A stretch of DNA of 64,000 bases from the NCBI RefSeq assembly GCF_018350175.1, contig NC_058377.1, positions 104,842,001 through 104,906,000 on the forward strand. The letters run 5' to 3'. The position numbers were made by a program, and so were the translations under genes. Below, one piece after another: positions 24,061-37,099 of the stretch. The notes under the pieces were generated by a model. The model searched no databases. It was not told the DNA's origin and worked only from the letters and a program-made list of their open reading frames with translations. This DNA is from Felis catus. Lineage: Eukaryota. Numbering within the stretch: the first letter of the stretch is position 1; each line of letters starts with the position of its first letter.

Positions 24061-25153
24061 ACCAGACACCACATATGCAGTACGTATCCCGTGCACCCCC
24101 ATCCAACGATCTTTCGTCCGTCCTAACTCGCTTAAGCCTTACAACATCCCTAATAAGTACAATATCCCCAGCTTATGAACAAACCGGATCAGAGAGAAGT
24201 TAGCGATATGCCCAAGGGTCGCACCCTAGTGAGGGCAGGGCTGGGATTCGGCGCTCTCACCTCGTCCCCTGGACCCCAAAGGAAGAGGCCTGAAGCCGCA
24301 GGGGGATGCAGGGCAGCTGCTCAGATGGCGGGCGGCTAAGGGCAAGGCTGCTTCAAGAATAAAATGAGACAAAGTAAGTACGGCGTCCAGCACTCACTTG
24401 ATATGAGTAGACAAGCTGGCAGGAAGGAAGTAACATCTCAGGACTTAAAACCCAAACGCGAGGCTCCCCGAGGCCAGGACAGCAGGGGTTAAGGCCCGGT
24501 TTTAGGGCAGTGGTCCGGAACTGACTGGGGGTGGGGGGGACTGCAGTCCCTCAGAGATCCTTCGAGATGTATTCCCAGCCCCACCCTGCTGAGAACTGCA
24601 CCCGAGCACAGACATAACACATGCTTCATACCATCAGAGCACGGCCAGTGTCCCCTCCTAACCCGGGGATCCTCCAAGAACCTGTGTCTTCATCTCTGAA
24701 ACAGTTTTCCTGGAAACAAAGCCGACCTAACCCCGCATATTAGTATCTGGCCAGAAACCAACAGATGGCGCAGTGCTGGGCTAGCACCGTGGTCAAGCTC
24801 AGGCCCAGGATGCCCCCTTGCCTTCCACCCATCCCCCGCCTTCAACACCGCTGCTCTAACACCTGCAAACCACAGCTCTACACCTCCTCCTTTCGAGGTC
24901 TGTCCCGCCTCAGGAGAAGGGCTCGATGCTTAACAAGGGATAGAATCCCACCCTCTTCAAACCCAAGATTGGAGTTATTCTGGCTAACGGTGCAAAACCT
25001 CTAGGTGTTCTGAGCGCCGCCTCCTCTCTCCCCTCCTGGGAGTCTCCGGTAAGAACTAACCCAAGAGGCTGTGCGCTCGAAGATGCCCACAGCTGCGCTA
25101 TGTGCGAACTACAGCTGTGGTGCATTCTCCAAAGGGGGGGTTCCGTGGACAAT

Positions 25154-25155
<2 letters not shown>

Positions 25156-25208
<53 letters not shown>
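25156..25208. repeat. (CA)n microsatellite
   Basis: About 26 CA units. Confidence 0.97.
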
Positions 25209-25212
<4 letters not shown>

Positions 25213-26157
25213 TCCAAGTCAGCACACACGCTGTCCAAGTCAGATGAGCAAGCTGGGTTAAAAAGTTAAAGGGTTTCTTTTCTTGCAGTTTTCAAGGTTT
25301 TACTGGCCAAGATGCATCGGGACCCTCCAAAGGAGAAAACAGCGTGCCCCAACTTTCTCAAACAGGGAACAGGGGCCCAGCAAAACACACGTGGAGCTCT
25401 TGGGTGGCATCGACATGGACCCTGTGCTTCGACCCAGGCTCCCCGCCCCAGAACATACCCTCATCTACAGCCACGGACCCCCTCTTTCTCACCTCATATT
25501 CCCTTACTGGCTCCCATCAGGTCATGGGACGGCTCCTATCCAGGGTCCAGAAGACCTCTCTGGGCCACCCCGGGTCACACACCCTGGCCTCCCTCCTGCC
25601 CCTCCCTGGGCCTTGTTCACTCCCCCTGGGAAACCTGGCCTCCCGGCAGCACCCTTCCCCCGCTTTTAGGTCCTAAGCAAGAAGACTGTAAGCTTCTTTA
25701 TCATGCGAGAGAGGCCACTCAACCTTCAGTAGCAAGAATCCTACTCTCACCCTCTACAGCAGCCTTCACCTTCACTATCTGATCTTCCATGTTTATTTAT
25801 GCTCTGGAGATCTCCCCTGGGATCAGCTCTACTTCAAACATTCAAAAGCCAGAGCTTGGCATGTCGGATTTAAGCCAGCCTGGGACAGGTTTCGCAGCCC
25901 CCACAGCGGAGGGAGTCCTTCCTGGATGCTCACAGTTCCTCCCCAGCAAGAAAAGGCTGTTGCTCCCTCCCTTCTGGGCTGCTGTGGAAGCCAGTCCCAC
26001 AAAGAAAAGATGTGGCGGTGCCAGTGACAGGAGATCCTCTGAAACCCAAGGTCAAGGCCTGCAGGGGCATGAAAGAATCCTTCTGGCAAACGTGCTTCCT
26101 CCCCCGACCGTCCCGGCTTAAGGCTCCTTTTATAGACACACACAGGAAGGTGCTAGG

Positions 26158-26179
26158 TTTATTGTTTTCTTTTTTTAAT
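26158..26179 (-). terminator. PRPF19 poly(A) signals (AATAAA at 26163-26158, ATTAAA at 26179-26174)
   Basis: Plus-strand TTTATT and TTTAAT about 400 nt past the stop codon. Confidence 0.7.
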
Positions 26180-26576
26180 GAAACTAAATCACTGCTTACA
26201 AAAACCTGCAAGAGCCCTCATGCCCATCCCTTCACACGTCCCTTGGCTCAGCCTCTCCCCATCTCCCAGGAACTGGAACACTCCATGAACGCCACGAGGG
26301 GAGAGGCCCTGGGCTCCGACCCGAGCCTTCAGAGAGTGACAGTTCTACCTCCCGTGATCCTTCCTGTCAGGCCTGGAGGTTGCATGGATGAGGGTGGTCC
26401 CCGCCGCCGTGACTCTCAGGTCACCACCCGGACCAGAGTGAAATGATGTGAATGTCCCGCCCCAGAGACCCCCCCCCTCCCCCGCTAGTCTCTCCCCTTC
26501 CTCCCCCCACCCCCCCACCCTAATTCTACCCCTCTACTGAGATGAGGCCCAGCTTCCAGATCAGAAGGGCCGGGGC

Positions 26577-29500
26577 CTACAGGCTGTAGAACTTGAGGCT
26601 CCTGTCCATGCCCGTTGAAGCGATGAACTTGGCGTGGTGCCCAAAGGCCACCCCTGTGGTCAGGCCGCTATGCTCTGAGGAGAGAGACGAGAGGCAAAGG
26701 TGAGAAGGCTTCTCCCCCTCGGGTCTGAGTGCGGATCCTGATGCTCTACTCCCAGTCTGTCCAGCCCTCCCTGGGTCAGTGCTCGCTACTTCCCAGTGGA
26801 CTCATGCTGCCGAGAGCAGGGCGCTAGTCCAGCCTGCATAACATCCATCCCCAGGGCCTTACTCGGCGCCTGGCACACAGCGACAACTCAGGTTTTTGTT
26901 GTGGGGTGAGTGAACAGAGGAACGTCACTCCTCCTTGCCTGAGCTTTTGGGGCAACTGCAATTCTGCGCAGTTCAAGTCCTAGAACTGACTGGGAGCCGG
27001 CAGAGGGCGGGACAGACCAAGCGGACATGGTCTTGTTCTTCCGCTTCTCACCACCTTATTTTTAAAAATTGGGCTGAGTTTTCAGTTCGGTTTAAAACCT
27101 CAGTGCTCAGCTGACTCGTATTTATTTATAGCATATATTTAGTTCCAACTCCTTGCTTATATTATAATCGGAACCGTCCGTTAGCTTGTCCTAGTTCAGG
27201 GGGTTCCGACTTAGGGAACCTGGGCCCCCGGCACAGGGCAGGGCTGTAGCAAGGGCAGAAGGGGCTGGGTGACGTGCCTTGCTGGATTGGGGTAGTTCAG
27301 GAGCATCAGAGCAAATTCCTTGAAGGCTTAGGACAACGCATGGAGCCCCCACTACAGAGCCCAGGCTGTGCTTCCGGCCCACTGCTGCACCCCGCTCAAC
27401 TCCGAAACACCGGAGCCCAACGAAGGGTTCCAGTTAGGCCTGGGCACCCCCGGAACACACACACCAAGCCGGGCTCAGGAGAACACGGGGGTGGGAGAAG
27501 CATCTTGGGTCTTGTCACAACCTGCTAATGAGGATGAGAATTTCATCAACAAAGACAGCTAACAGCTGCCATTCACTCAGCACCCAAGTGTGCAGCAGGC
27601 ACTCTGTCACCACGCAAGCCATTTCTGTGTCACCAGCTGGCACCATCTGCAAAGCAGTGCCAATGTGACCATTTTAAAAAATGAAAAAGCTACGGCTCTC
27701 AAAGAGGACGTCACGTGCCCAGGGCCACGCAACCATCAGGAGGTTAGTAGCCCTACTATCCGCAGTCTCAGCATTTTATGCTTTTCTTCTCTGACATTTA
27801 CAATCGCAATTAAGTAGGGGCGCCTGGGTGGCCTCAGTTGGTTGAAGTGTCCACTCCTGACCTCGAATCAGGTCATGATCTCAAAGTGGTGGGATCGAGC
27901 CCCGGGTCGGACTCCGTGCTAAGCGTGGAGCCTGCGAAGGATCCCCTCTCCTCGCGCTCTGCCCCTCCCCCGCTTGCACCCCCACAAGCGCTCTCTCCCC
28001 CAAAATAAATGAACTTCAGAAACCAATTGCAATCAAGTAATTATTTGTGAACTCATCCCACATCTACCCTCCTAAACTGACTGGAAATTCCATTAGTGCA
28101 AAGCCTGGATCTTAGTCACTGCTCCAATCCCACAGAAGACAAAGACACAATGCTGAACAATGGCAAATCCAAAACAAGCGTGCCAAACACGGTTCTGATT
28201 ATTTATGCACATGTGTACGTGTGTAAGTACACAGCTATTTCATCTGTTTATACGTTTATGTGCATAAACATGACTTCACACATATATATCTATATATATA
28301 TAAAAACTCAGCTAAACCTCACACACTCACCGCACTGAGTGTGCCCTGTTATCGTTCCCCAGAGAGACTAAGTAACTTGTCCAACGACGCACAGCTTGCA
28401 GGGGTAGAGCCAGCCTTTAAAGCCCAGCAGTCTGACTCCTGAGTGCAGTTTCTTAGCCACTAAACTCTATCGCCTCAGGAAGGGATTAAAAGCTGCCTGG
28501 GCAAACTCGGGCCTACTCCCTGGAAATCCCTAACCTCGTGGTATTTACCCTCTTCCTTCTGGGCCAGGACACTCGGAGACCTCAGGATCCCAGAGTCAGA
28601 CCCTACCTGTGAAATGAAGGATCTCTGTCCACTGCTTGCAGATGTAGATCTGGACGTCTGTGCCCCCAAGGGCCAGGTAGGTACCACTCTGATCGAAGAT
28701 CAGTGACTTCACCTGCCAGAACCAGGAGAGAGGTCACACGAGAACAGAAATTATGGGACAATTAGGGATGCGCAGAAGCAGTTTAGACGGATTCACTGAA
28801 GAATCAGCAAGTGAGGAGAGGCAACCGACAGAGCTGGGGAAGGGAGGGGGCGCACCTCAAAATTGTTATCCAGCTGCAGTGTCTTAAAGTTCTTAAGTTT
28901 GCGCAGATCCCAGAGCTTCACAGAGGAGTCATCAGCCGCCGTAGCCAGATAATAACCATTCTCTGAGAAGGCAATGCTGGTGATGGGGCCCGAGTGGCCA
29001 GGGAAGTTGGCCACGTTGGTGCGCTCCTACAGGTGGAGGATGAGTGGTACAACGTCACCCACTGGTCACGACCCGGAGAAAATGGGGAGTTCGCCAGATG
29101 CCTACCTCTGAGCCATCCTCTACCGTCCTTTAGGGAAGGACAACTAACAGGAATCGCAGAGGTAGATGGCCCAGCCCAAGACCCCGGGCCACATCCATCA
29201 CATCACACACAGGCGCGCGCGCGCGCGCACACACACACACACACACACGCACGCACGCACAGCCACCGTGTCTCTGCCCTTGGGACACCCAAGGGCCGGG
29301 TGCCACTGGCACTTATCACACCGCATAGTCACGAGCTCACATCCTGGGCCTCAGATGGAGGCTGCCATGTCCCACCTTCAAGTCCCAGATCTTGATCTGC
29401 GAGTCCATGGTGCCTGTTCCGAAGATGAGTCCATCAGGGTGGAACTGTGCACAGGTGAGAGCTGTGGAGGAGGGACAGGGAGCTGTGGTCAGAGCCCACG

Positions 29501-32500
29501 GGAGAGGCCAACACAGCAAAAGGGGCCTCTCTTCACATTGTTCACCGTGCCCGGTACAACGCCTGGCACCCGGCCGGCACTGGTGGTAAATAAATCTTAA
29601 GAACAAAGGAGCAAATGATTAAGTAAAACACACAAATAAATGATAAGCAGCCAAAGAACAGACAGAGCCCAGTGCCTCTATGACAACTTACAGCAGCCAG
29701 AGGTCTCATCTGTCACCTTGGTGAGCACACGCCCTGTCTGGATGTCAGAGAAGGCCCAGTACTGAAAAAATAGAGACAGCGAGCCAGTAAGAAAGTGGGT
29801 GCCCAACAGGAAGGTGTTCCCTCCTCCCCGGATGTTCAAGCTTGGAGACCAGCAGGCCTCTGCAGGGTCTGGGCTGGGACCGCACCTGGTCATCGGAGGA
29901 GCTCAGGAGATAGTCCCCAGTGGCATGGAGGCTGAGGCCCGTCACTGCGCTCTCATGGGCCCGAACAACCTGCACACAAGAGGCATTCGGGACCGACCAG
30001 ATCCTGATAGTAGCATCTGGGGAGGCAGAAAACACCAGCTCCTAAAAGGAAAACCAAGAGGCAAAATATCAGAGGCAGAAGAGATCGACCCCAACAGTCT
30101 TACAACAGGGGGGTGGGGATGGCCATGAGCCCAACAACTGCTTCTCTTTCAGGCCTGTCCTGCCCAGAACCATCCACCCAACCGGTGATGCGTGAGAGCC
30201 AATGGTAAACGCCATTTAAAATGGTAACTCAAACAGCACTGGCCTAAAAGAGAAGGCTTCACTGTCTAGTGGTGAGAAGGGTAACTGTGGCAGAGAGCAA
30301 TCTCCCACGCCCTGTTTCTAGTACCAGAGAGAGAAAGGTGACCGGTGCAACTGAGGAACTGAATTTTTTTTTATTTTAGTTTATTTCACTCTGTTCAAAT
30401 AGACACATGTAGCTAGCTAATGGCTACGGTCAGGAACAGCATACTTCTGAACAGCAGAGGGTCTGTGAGGGTCTGCAAGGGCCTATTTTGCTGCATCACA
30501 GACTCCAGGATTTCAGGAGCAAGTTAATCCTCAGAAAGATTTGGGGCAGAGAGAGAACTTCCACCGTGTACACGCACCAATTATTTGGGTTAGGACATTA
30601 AACACTATAAGGTAAAAACAACTACCATCTTTCATCGACACGATTTCGTAAGAGAAACAACTTATCAACACCTGGCCGCAGGAAAGGAGTGCCTCCCATT
30701 TTAAAAACATTTAGTCTTACGAAAAATCCACAGTATTCACCTATTTCTAATTTCCTTAAGGGACAGGGAAGAGGCTAACTGGGAAGCACAGACCCAGCCA
30801 CAATCCTACAGTCTTAGACCCAAACCGTCCCAGACCTAAAGACTCCAGTCCCACAATGGCACTAATCTGGTCTAAAGGCTGCCCGTACCCTCTAAATCAG
30901 CAACTCCATCAATTTTAGCCCGCACCATGTTCAACGGTTGATGTCAAGTTCCCCCCGACCCCACAGGACCATGGGAATGTGGACGCACCTGTCCTTCCCA
31001 GATACGTTAAGATTCTGCTCAGCTTTGTTTTCCGTAGTTTGTACTACAAACACTACAGGACTTTCCTCCTTTTCCTAACACGCCACGTGCCTATGAGTCT
31101 GCTTGTTCCAGCTCTCCTTTCCTCCCCTTCCCTGGGCTGAAGGCCACTGCTTTAGGGGCTTCTGCACGGAGGACAGGGCGACCCACGGCTGTAAACAAAG
31201 GCCTTGAAGGGCCCGCTCTGGAGGCTCAGTGCTCCTCCTCGGGCCCACTTCACTTCGCAAGGACACGGCACGGTGCTGGGTGACTGGGTCTGCAACCCTA
31301 AACCACCGAAACCAGGGCGCAGGAATGAGGGACCCAGGGTGACTGGCAGGACCCTCTACCTGGGAAGGGTGGAACACCACACTGGTGACTTTCTTGGTAT
31401 GGCCTTTGAGGGTGGCCAGGATCTGCTCGGAACTCTTGTCGAAGACGACAACATTTTTATCCGCTCCTCCTGGAAAGGACCCAAGCGAGATCCAACAGTG
31501 AGTCATGCCCACCCGCATCCCTCGGCTGAAGACGGTACTTTTGCAACCCCAGGCCCATGCAGAGGACAGGAGCGTGCCCCTACCCTGCCGCCCGCCCCGC
31601 CTCGGCCCGCGGGGCCAGACCGGCTCTCACCAGTGAGGATCTTGTTGGTGTCGGCAGGGCAGAGGTCCAGGGCGAGGATCCCAGGAATGCTGGCACTGTG
31701 CAAGCCCTGAGCAGAGGGCGCGACACCAAACCCAGTCACGGCCGAACCGAGGCCAGCCACGAAGCCACGCAACGCCCCCACTTCCACCCCGGGCCCAGGG
31801 GAACAAGAGTGACTTCTGTTCCTTATCCGCTGCGCTTGGCCTTCTGCCTGGAGGCGGCACGTCCCTCGCCGCACGACTGGGAAAGCCATCCCCGGGCAAG
31901 AAGACAAGCCCTGGGACGCAGTGACCGGGGCCCCCAGGCAGCTCTACAGCCCCCCGCCCCCCCACGCTGGCCCGCCCACCCCAGCAACAGCTGCAACACC
32001 CCGCCTCCCAGTTAGCGGGGACCTGGCCACTCACCACGTGGGATGCCACCTGCCGGTATTTGCTCAGCTCCTCCGGCTTCACCAGCTCCTCAGGCACAGT
32101 CTTCCCTCTCTGAGAAAAAGGAAAAGCGCCCCCCACAAAAGCAGCAGTGAGTGCAGGATTCGGCGAGCCCCCTTTCCCCTAAGGCGTCAGCCGCCTCCAC
32201 CGGCCAGCCCTCTCCTGGAGCTGGAGGACTCACCTTCTTACGCTCCGTGGTCAGCACGGTGGCCTTGTCTTGGAGCTGGGGAAGAGAGGGGAACAGGCGC
32301 AACGTGAGACCAAGCACTCTGCCAGGCCAGCGGCACGCCGGACGCCGGTCACATCTAGGCCTTCACAAGTGGCACCCACACCTGCGATCTGCCGAGTTCT
32401 CTGCTAAAGGCTCACGGTTACCTCTGCTTACTTTTCCCCCCAACCTGATGAGAGGGTGCGGATGACCTTACTTCACGCGGGAGGACACTGAGCCTCAGGG

Positions 32501-35500
32501 GAGTGAGGTCACTTGCCCAAGGCCTCAGAGGGGACAAATGGCTGAGTGAGGACCTGAGCCAGCAGTGCAGGGCTCCCAGACCCAGTTCATACGTGTGCAC
32601 CAGGAGGTTGCAAGCTGAGCAGGGAAAGTGCTCGGACAAGACACAAACGAGCAGCTCCGACAAAAGGAGAGGCCGTGAGTACGACAGAGGCGCTGGCCCT
32701 GGAATCGGGCCCGCTCGGCCTCTTGGGAGCCTGCCTTTGAATCCGAGCCTCAGGTTCTCCATCTGTCCTGTCTCCCTCGAAAACGTGTAACAAAGCGTTC
32801 TATGACCTGCAAAGAACCCCGATAACAGTAAGAGCTCCAAGCTGCACTACCAGTAACTACAATCTTGTAAACTCCATGAGCCTAGAAAATAGACACCGTT
32901 TACTCTCGGTCTGGAAGGGAAACGGGACATGGAGTCGGTCGAGTCGGCCCAAGGTCCTGGGCTTGTCAGCGGTGACCTCAGAGCACGAACGCAGGCAGTG
33001 CGGGCCGAGCCCACGCTCAGCACCACTCTGCCGAGCCACACACGGAGCGGTGTTTCTCGTCACACCGCACTCAAGGCGGACGGCGGGGGGGACCGAGGGC
33101 TGACCCATCCCCACCAAGTGACCTCCAGCAACTCACCTTCTGGATAATCTCGGGGGTCATTCCCACCAGCTCGCCCAAATCCATGGGCTCGCCTGCACCC
33201 TGAAGACAAGAGAGGTAGAGGTGAGGAGGGCACAGAACGCCAAAGACTCCTGCAGGAGAGCCGCGTGAGACCCCACACACCAGGGGCTGCTGACGGGCGG
33301 GGAGGGGTGGACACTCACCGCGACACTCGGCTGCGAGCTCGGCACGGCCTGGGGCACGATGAGACCGGCCTGGGGTTTCAGGGTAGCCAGAGCTGGGAGA
33401 GAAGAACACGTTAGAAACGGGGGATTACAAAGCAGGACCGGCCCAGAGGGGGGAGTGGCGGGGCGGAGGCTGCACCTTCTCGGGCAGCAGTAACTTCCTT
33501 GGTGAGACGGGCAATGACACGGCAGGCGGCGTCGTGCTGGTAGAGCGCGTGGGACAGCTCCTGGCGGGTCGTCTGCAGCTGCTGGCGCAGAGTGAAGCTG
33601 TGCAGCATGACTGCATCCTGGGGGGAGGGACACGCCACCGTGAGGGGTGGGGAGGGTCAGGGAGCACCCAGCAGGAGAGGCCAGGTTAGGAGGACACGGC
33701 CTCCTCCTTCCACGGCCGGGACCGTGCGGGCGCTGGCAGCCGCTCCGGAGCTCCTGCCCCACGCCAACACGGGGCGCCGAGAGGAGTGGCAGCCGGCTCT
33801 CTCCCACCCCCGTCTCCACTGATTTACTGGCAAATCTCAGTGCCACGCGGCCGCCCCCCACCCCGTGTCGGGGTAATAATGCCACTGCCGATGTTTAGGA
33901 CTGCCCTCATTGTGTCGGGTGCCATGCAAGACGGTCGCTCAAGACGTATTCGTTCCTTCATCTTGCAGAGCACCTACTAAGTACCAGGTGCTGCTCCTGG
34001 CGCTGCGGATACACCCACAAATGAGACAAGTCCGTGATGTCACGAGGGTGACACTCTAACCTTATTCTAATTCTCCCCGAACCCGGAGAGATCGGCCCAA
34101 GTTCTTGTCACGGTCAGGAAACCCAGCACTCACATCGGAGCGAGGTGCCCAAGGACACGTGGCAAGTGAGCAAGGGAGCTAAACCTGGACCCCGGACCTG
34201 TGCGACTTCGACAACCGGCCGCCGCCTCCTCCATGATCGTCCTGCCCCTCCAAACAAAACACGAGGCTCCGTCCTTCCCACCCGAGTCCTAGTGCCGTGG
34301 TCCACCCTCCTCAAGTAGGGAGCCGTCGTTTCCCTTCCAGGGACTCACCCACTCATCCTGCAAGGCTTTCAGGATGGCTGGGATGCTGGTGGCGGAGGGA
34401 GGCTTGGGCCGGATGGGGTGAGCAACTGCCAAGAGAGGGAGAGCGGATGCGAAGAAGCGTAAGGCGGGGACTCTTCCTCTCCCCGTCCCCCCCCTTCCCC
34501 TTCAGCCTGCGTGAACAGAGCACTATCTCCCTCTCTGGGGGCCAGCGCCACCTCCCACCCTGTCAAGCTTGGAGTTACAACAGCCCTGGACGGAGGCCAG
34601 CCGCCGGGCACCTTTGATGTCGATGAGCTGCTCCTCGGACAGGGGCTGGTTGTTGATGGGGTCTGTGCCATTCTCCGCAATATACTTCTCAATGAGCCGC
34701 CGCTCATAAACATGATTAGAGACAGGGGACACGCATGGGTGCTCGGGCACTTCATTGGAGACTGTGGAGAAAAGGCAGGCAGTGAGCTTGGGGTGGTGAA
34801 AGGGACCTCGGGACAAGGGGATGCCTCACAGGCCACTGGCCCCAACAAAACATGTCCCCACACTCAACAGAAAGCAGGACGTGACAACCAGTTTTGTAGC
34901 GCCCCCGTATCGGTACGGCTACACGACTAGCTTCTCCATCGCTCTCCTGACAGGCAGTCAGCAAATGATTCTGCGCGACTACGATGTGTCACGCGCCTAC
35001 AGAGCAGTCGATAATCCCCACCCATCTCCGTTTGGAACAAAGATGCTTCGGCACCCATTATGCTCTATGACACAGATACAGACGGCCACTCAAATCTCTA
35101 CCTAGAGCCTCGGTGGATTAATAGACAAAGAGATCACACAGCGACGTGACAAGCGTTATAACAAGAAGAAACATTTACGTGGTGTTTGTCAGGTGCCACG
35201 CATGACTGTAAACACTTTCCATTGATTAACTCATCCTCACAACCCCCAACAGAGGTATCATTTACATGCCGGCCCCAGTAGACGATGCACCCCTTGAGGA
35301 TAGGGATTATGGCTGGTCTCTGACTTCCAGTACAATGCAGATGCCCAGCAGGCACCCAGTAAACATCTCGTGTAAACATCTAAAGGAAGGATGGTGCTGG
35401 GAATGGGGGTGGGGGGGGGGAACCTTCCACAAGACTGAGAGGGGACAACCAGCGAGAAAACACTCTGCAAGCTGCAATTTCTTCAATATGAAAGATTCCT

Positions 35501-36465
35501 TTTTCTAGCCCTCATTTCCCTTCCTCCCTGTTTTTGGATTAATGGAGGGGTTCCGAGAAGAGCAGGGCGGGGAGGAGGGGGGGGCGGGCGGCTGGAGAGC
35601 TGGAAGCAAACAGAGAAAGGGATGATCTCGTAACCTGACGGAACAATGAGAATGCAAAACCGATGCGCGCCGCATTAAAATACCAAAAGGAAAGACTGCG
35701 CAAGGCATGAAAAAAGCATGGATTCAGGGGGCAGAGAAACTAGCCCCACCGCCCATGCGACACTCTCCTTGAGCCTTGCATCCTCATCTGTAAAACCCGG
35801 ATCGTCACATCTGTTCTGGAGAATTCTTGTGAGAATAAAATGAGATCACAGACTTGGAAGCGGGGCGTGGACCAAAAGGCTTTATAAATGTGCGCTGTGT
35901 TTGGTGGCCGTGCAGCCTGAGGCTGGGAGCCAGGGGCCTGGATTCCAGCCCTGTCACTGCCTCCAACTCACTGTGTGACCTTCGCAAACTGCAGAATCTC
36001 TGACTACCCGCGCGGGACCTCCGGCGTCAGCCCGTGCAAATGAATGCCCTCTTTCTGCAGATGAGGAAACTGAGGCCCAGAGCCTGCGCCAGATCACAAA
36101 GCCAATCGGGAAGGGAGGTCCTGCACAAGCCCGATTCCTACACCACAGCTGTCTCCCTGCACCAAGCTCCCTCCATCCAGGCCTCAGTTCACTGCGTAAA
36201 CGAGGTGGCTGGCCTCAGTGACGTCTGCGACAATAAACTTGAGGCGTTATGTAAACTGTGAAGCGCTGCGCAAATGCACCCCACGCTGAGGAGGAGGAGG
36301 ACCCCCGCGCTGACAAGCCGCCGCCCTGCCCCCCGGGAGCCCTGCTGTCGCCTCCGCCCCGACCCCGGCACCGCAGCGGCCCGCAGCTTCTCCCGCTCCG
36401 CGCTCCGGCCCCCTGCGACCCGCGATCGGCCGCAGCCGACACTCACTCGAGCAGATCAGGGACAT
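26577..36465 (-). CDS. PRPF19: Pre-mRNA-processing factor 19 (U-box E3 ligase, coiled coil, WD40), 16 exons, 504 aa
   Basis: complement join(36447-36465,34612-34761,34349-34425,33476-33617,33319-33392,33137-33199,32234-32275,32035-32109,31631-31706,31360-31469,29886-30041,29692-29761,29376-29461,28856-29026,28607-28712,26577-26674) = 1515 nt. Reads [33 protein letters not shown]...[10 protein letters not shown], all introns GT-AG. Confidence 0.98.
27817..28023 (+). mobile_element. CanSINE in PRPF19 intron 15 with 16-bp TSD
   Basis: ggggcgcctgggtggc head. TSD caatcgcaattaagta (27801-27816) / caattgcaatcaagta (28024-28039). Confidence 0.9.
29213..29260. repeat. (GC)8(AC)10(GCAC)3 compound microsatellite in PRPF19 intron 13
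   Basis: Read directly from the sequence. Confidence 0.95.
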
Positions 36466-36880
36466 GGCGCCGTCGCTGCGCTCCGAGGCGCCTGGCACCG
36501 GGCTCCGGGATTCGCTTCTGCGCCGCCGCGGGCCGCTTCCGGTCCCCCGCTGTTTCCGGGACGCTCCGCGGCTGGCGGGGAGCGGCCCCGCCGAGCGATG
36601 CTCGCGTAGAGCTTCACGTGGGGCTGCGGCCGGTCGCGCGCCTCAGCCTCCAGCACCTAACGGAAACTGCCCTTTCCCACAATGCAGCCGGGCAGGAAAG
36701 GGCCCGCCAGGGAATACTCGGCCATTTCCGGACAGGCTCGGCTCCTTCCGTAAAGCGCTCCCGGGGGCCGACACGAAGTCGGAACTACGTTTCCCACAAT
36801 GCAGTGGGAATTTAAAGCCAATGCGAGGAACGAGGTTTTGTCGAGACCCGCGCTGCGCTGGTCCGTGGGACCGTCGTCTT
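36240..36880 (-). promoter_or_regulatory. PRPF19 CpG-island promoter with two ZNF143/THAP11 (SBS) motifs, ETS sites and an E-box
   Basis: Dense CpG. aactgccctttcccacaatgca (36665-36686), aactacgtttcccacaatgca (36783-36803), several TTCCGG, and TCACGTG. Confidence 0.85.
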
Positions 36881-37099
36881 GCAAACTTCTTAGCGTATGA
36901 GAATTTCCTGACGAACTTGTTAAAATGCATATTCCCGGGGTCTGCCTTAGACAGTATGTACTTTCAGGGCGTACTCCAGGTGATTCTGAGGCAGGTGTAT
37001 CTAGGACTAACCTTTGAAAGTCACTGCTAGGTGACCGGGGAAGAAAGCGCGGATACAGAGGGATAGAGAAACTAGCACTGGCTAAGAAATGGTTCTGGT

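Noticed and set aside
23656-24178. Gly/Ala-rich and Pro-rich ORFs
   Set aside because: Products of a decayed triplet repeat. They start on non-ATG codons or lack gene context.
30200-30760. AT-rich block in PRPF19 intron 10 considered as a snoRNA
   Set aside because: No clear C/D or H/ACA architecture, and part of it resembles a MER3-like hAT remnant.
33618-33680. In-frame extension of PRPF19 exon 4 similar to the longer mouse Prp19-beta isoform (insert position recalled, uncertain)
   Set aside because: There is an in-frame TGA at 33659-33657 and no suitable upstream AG.
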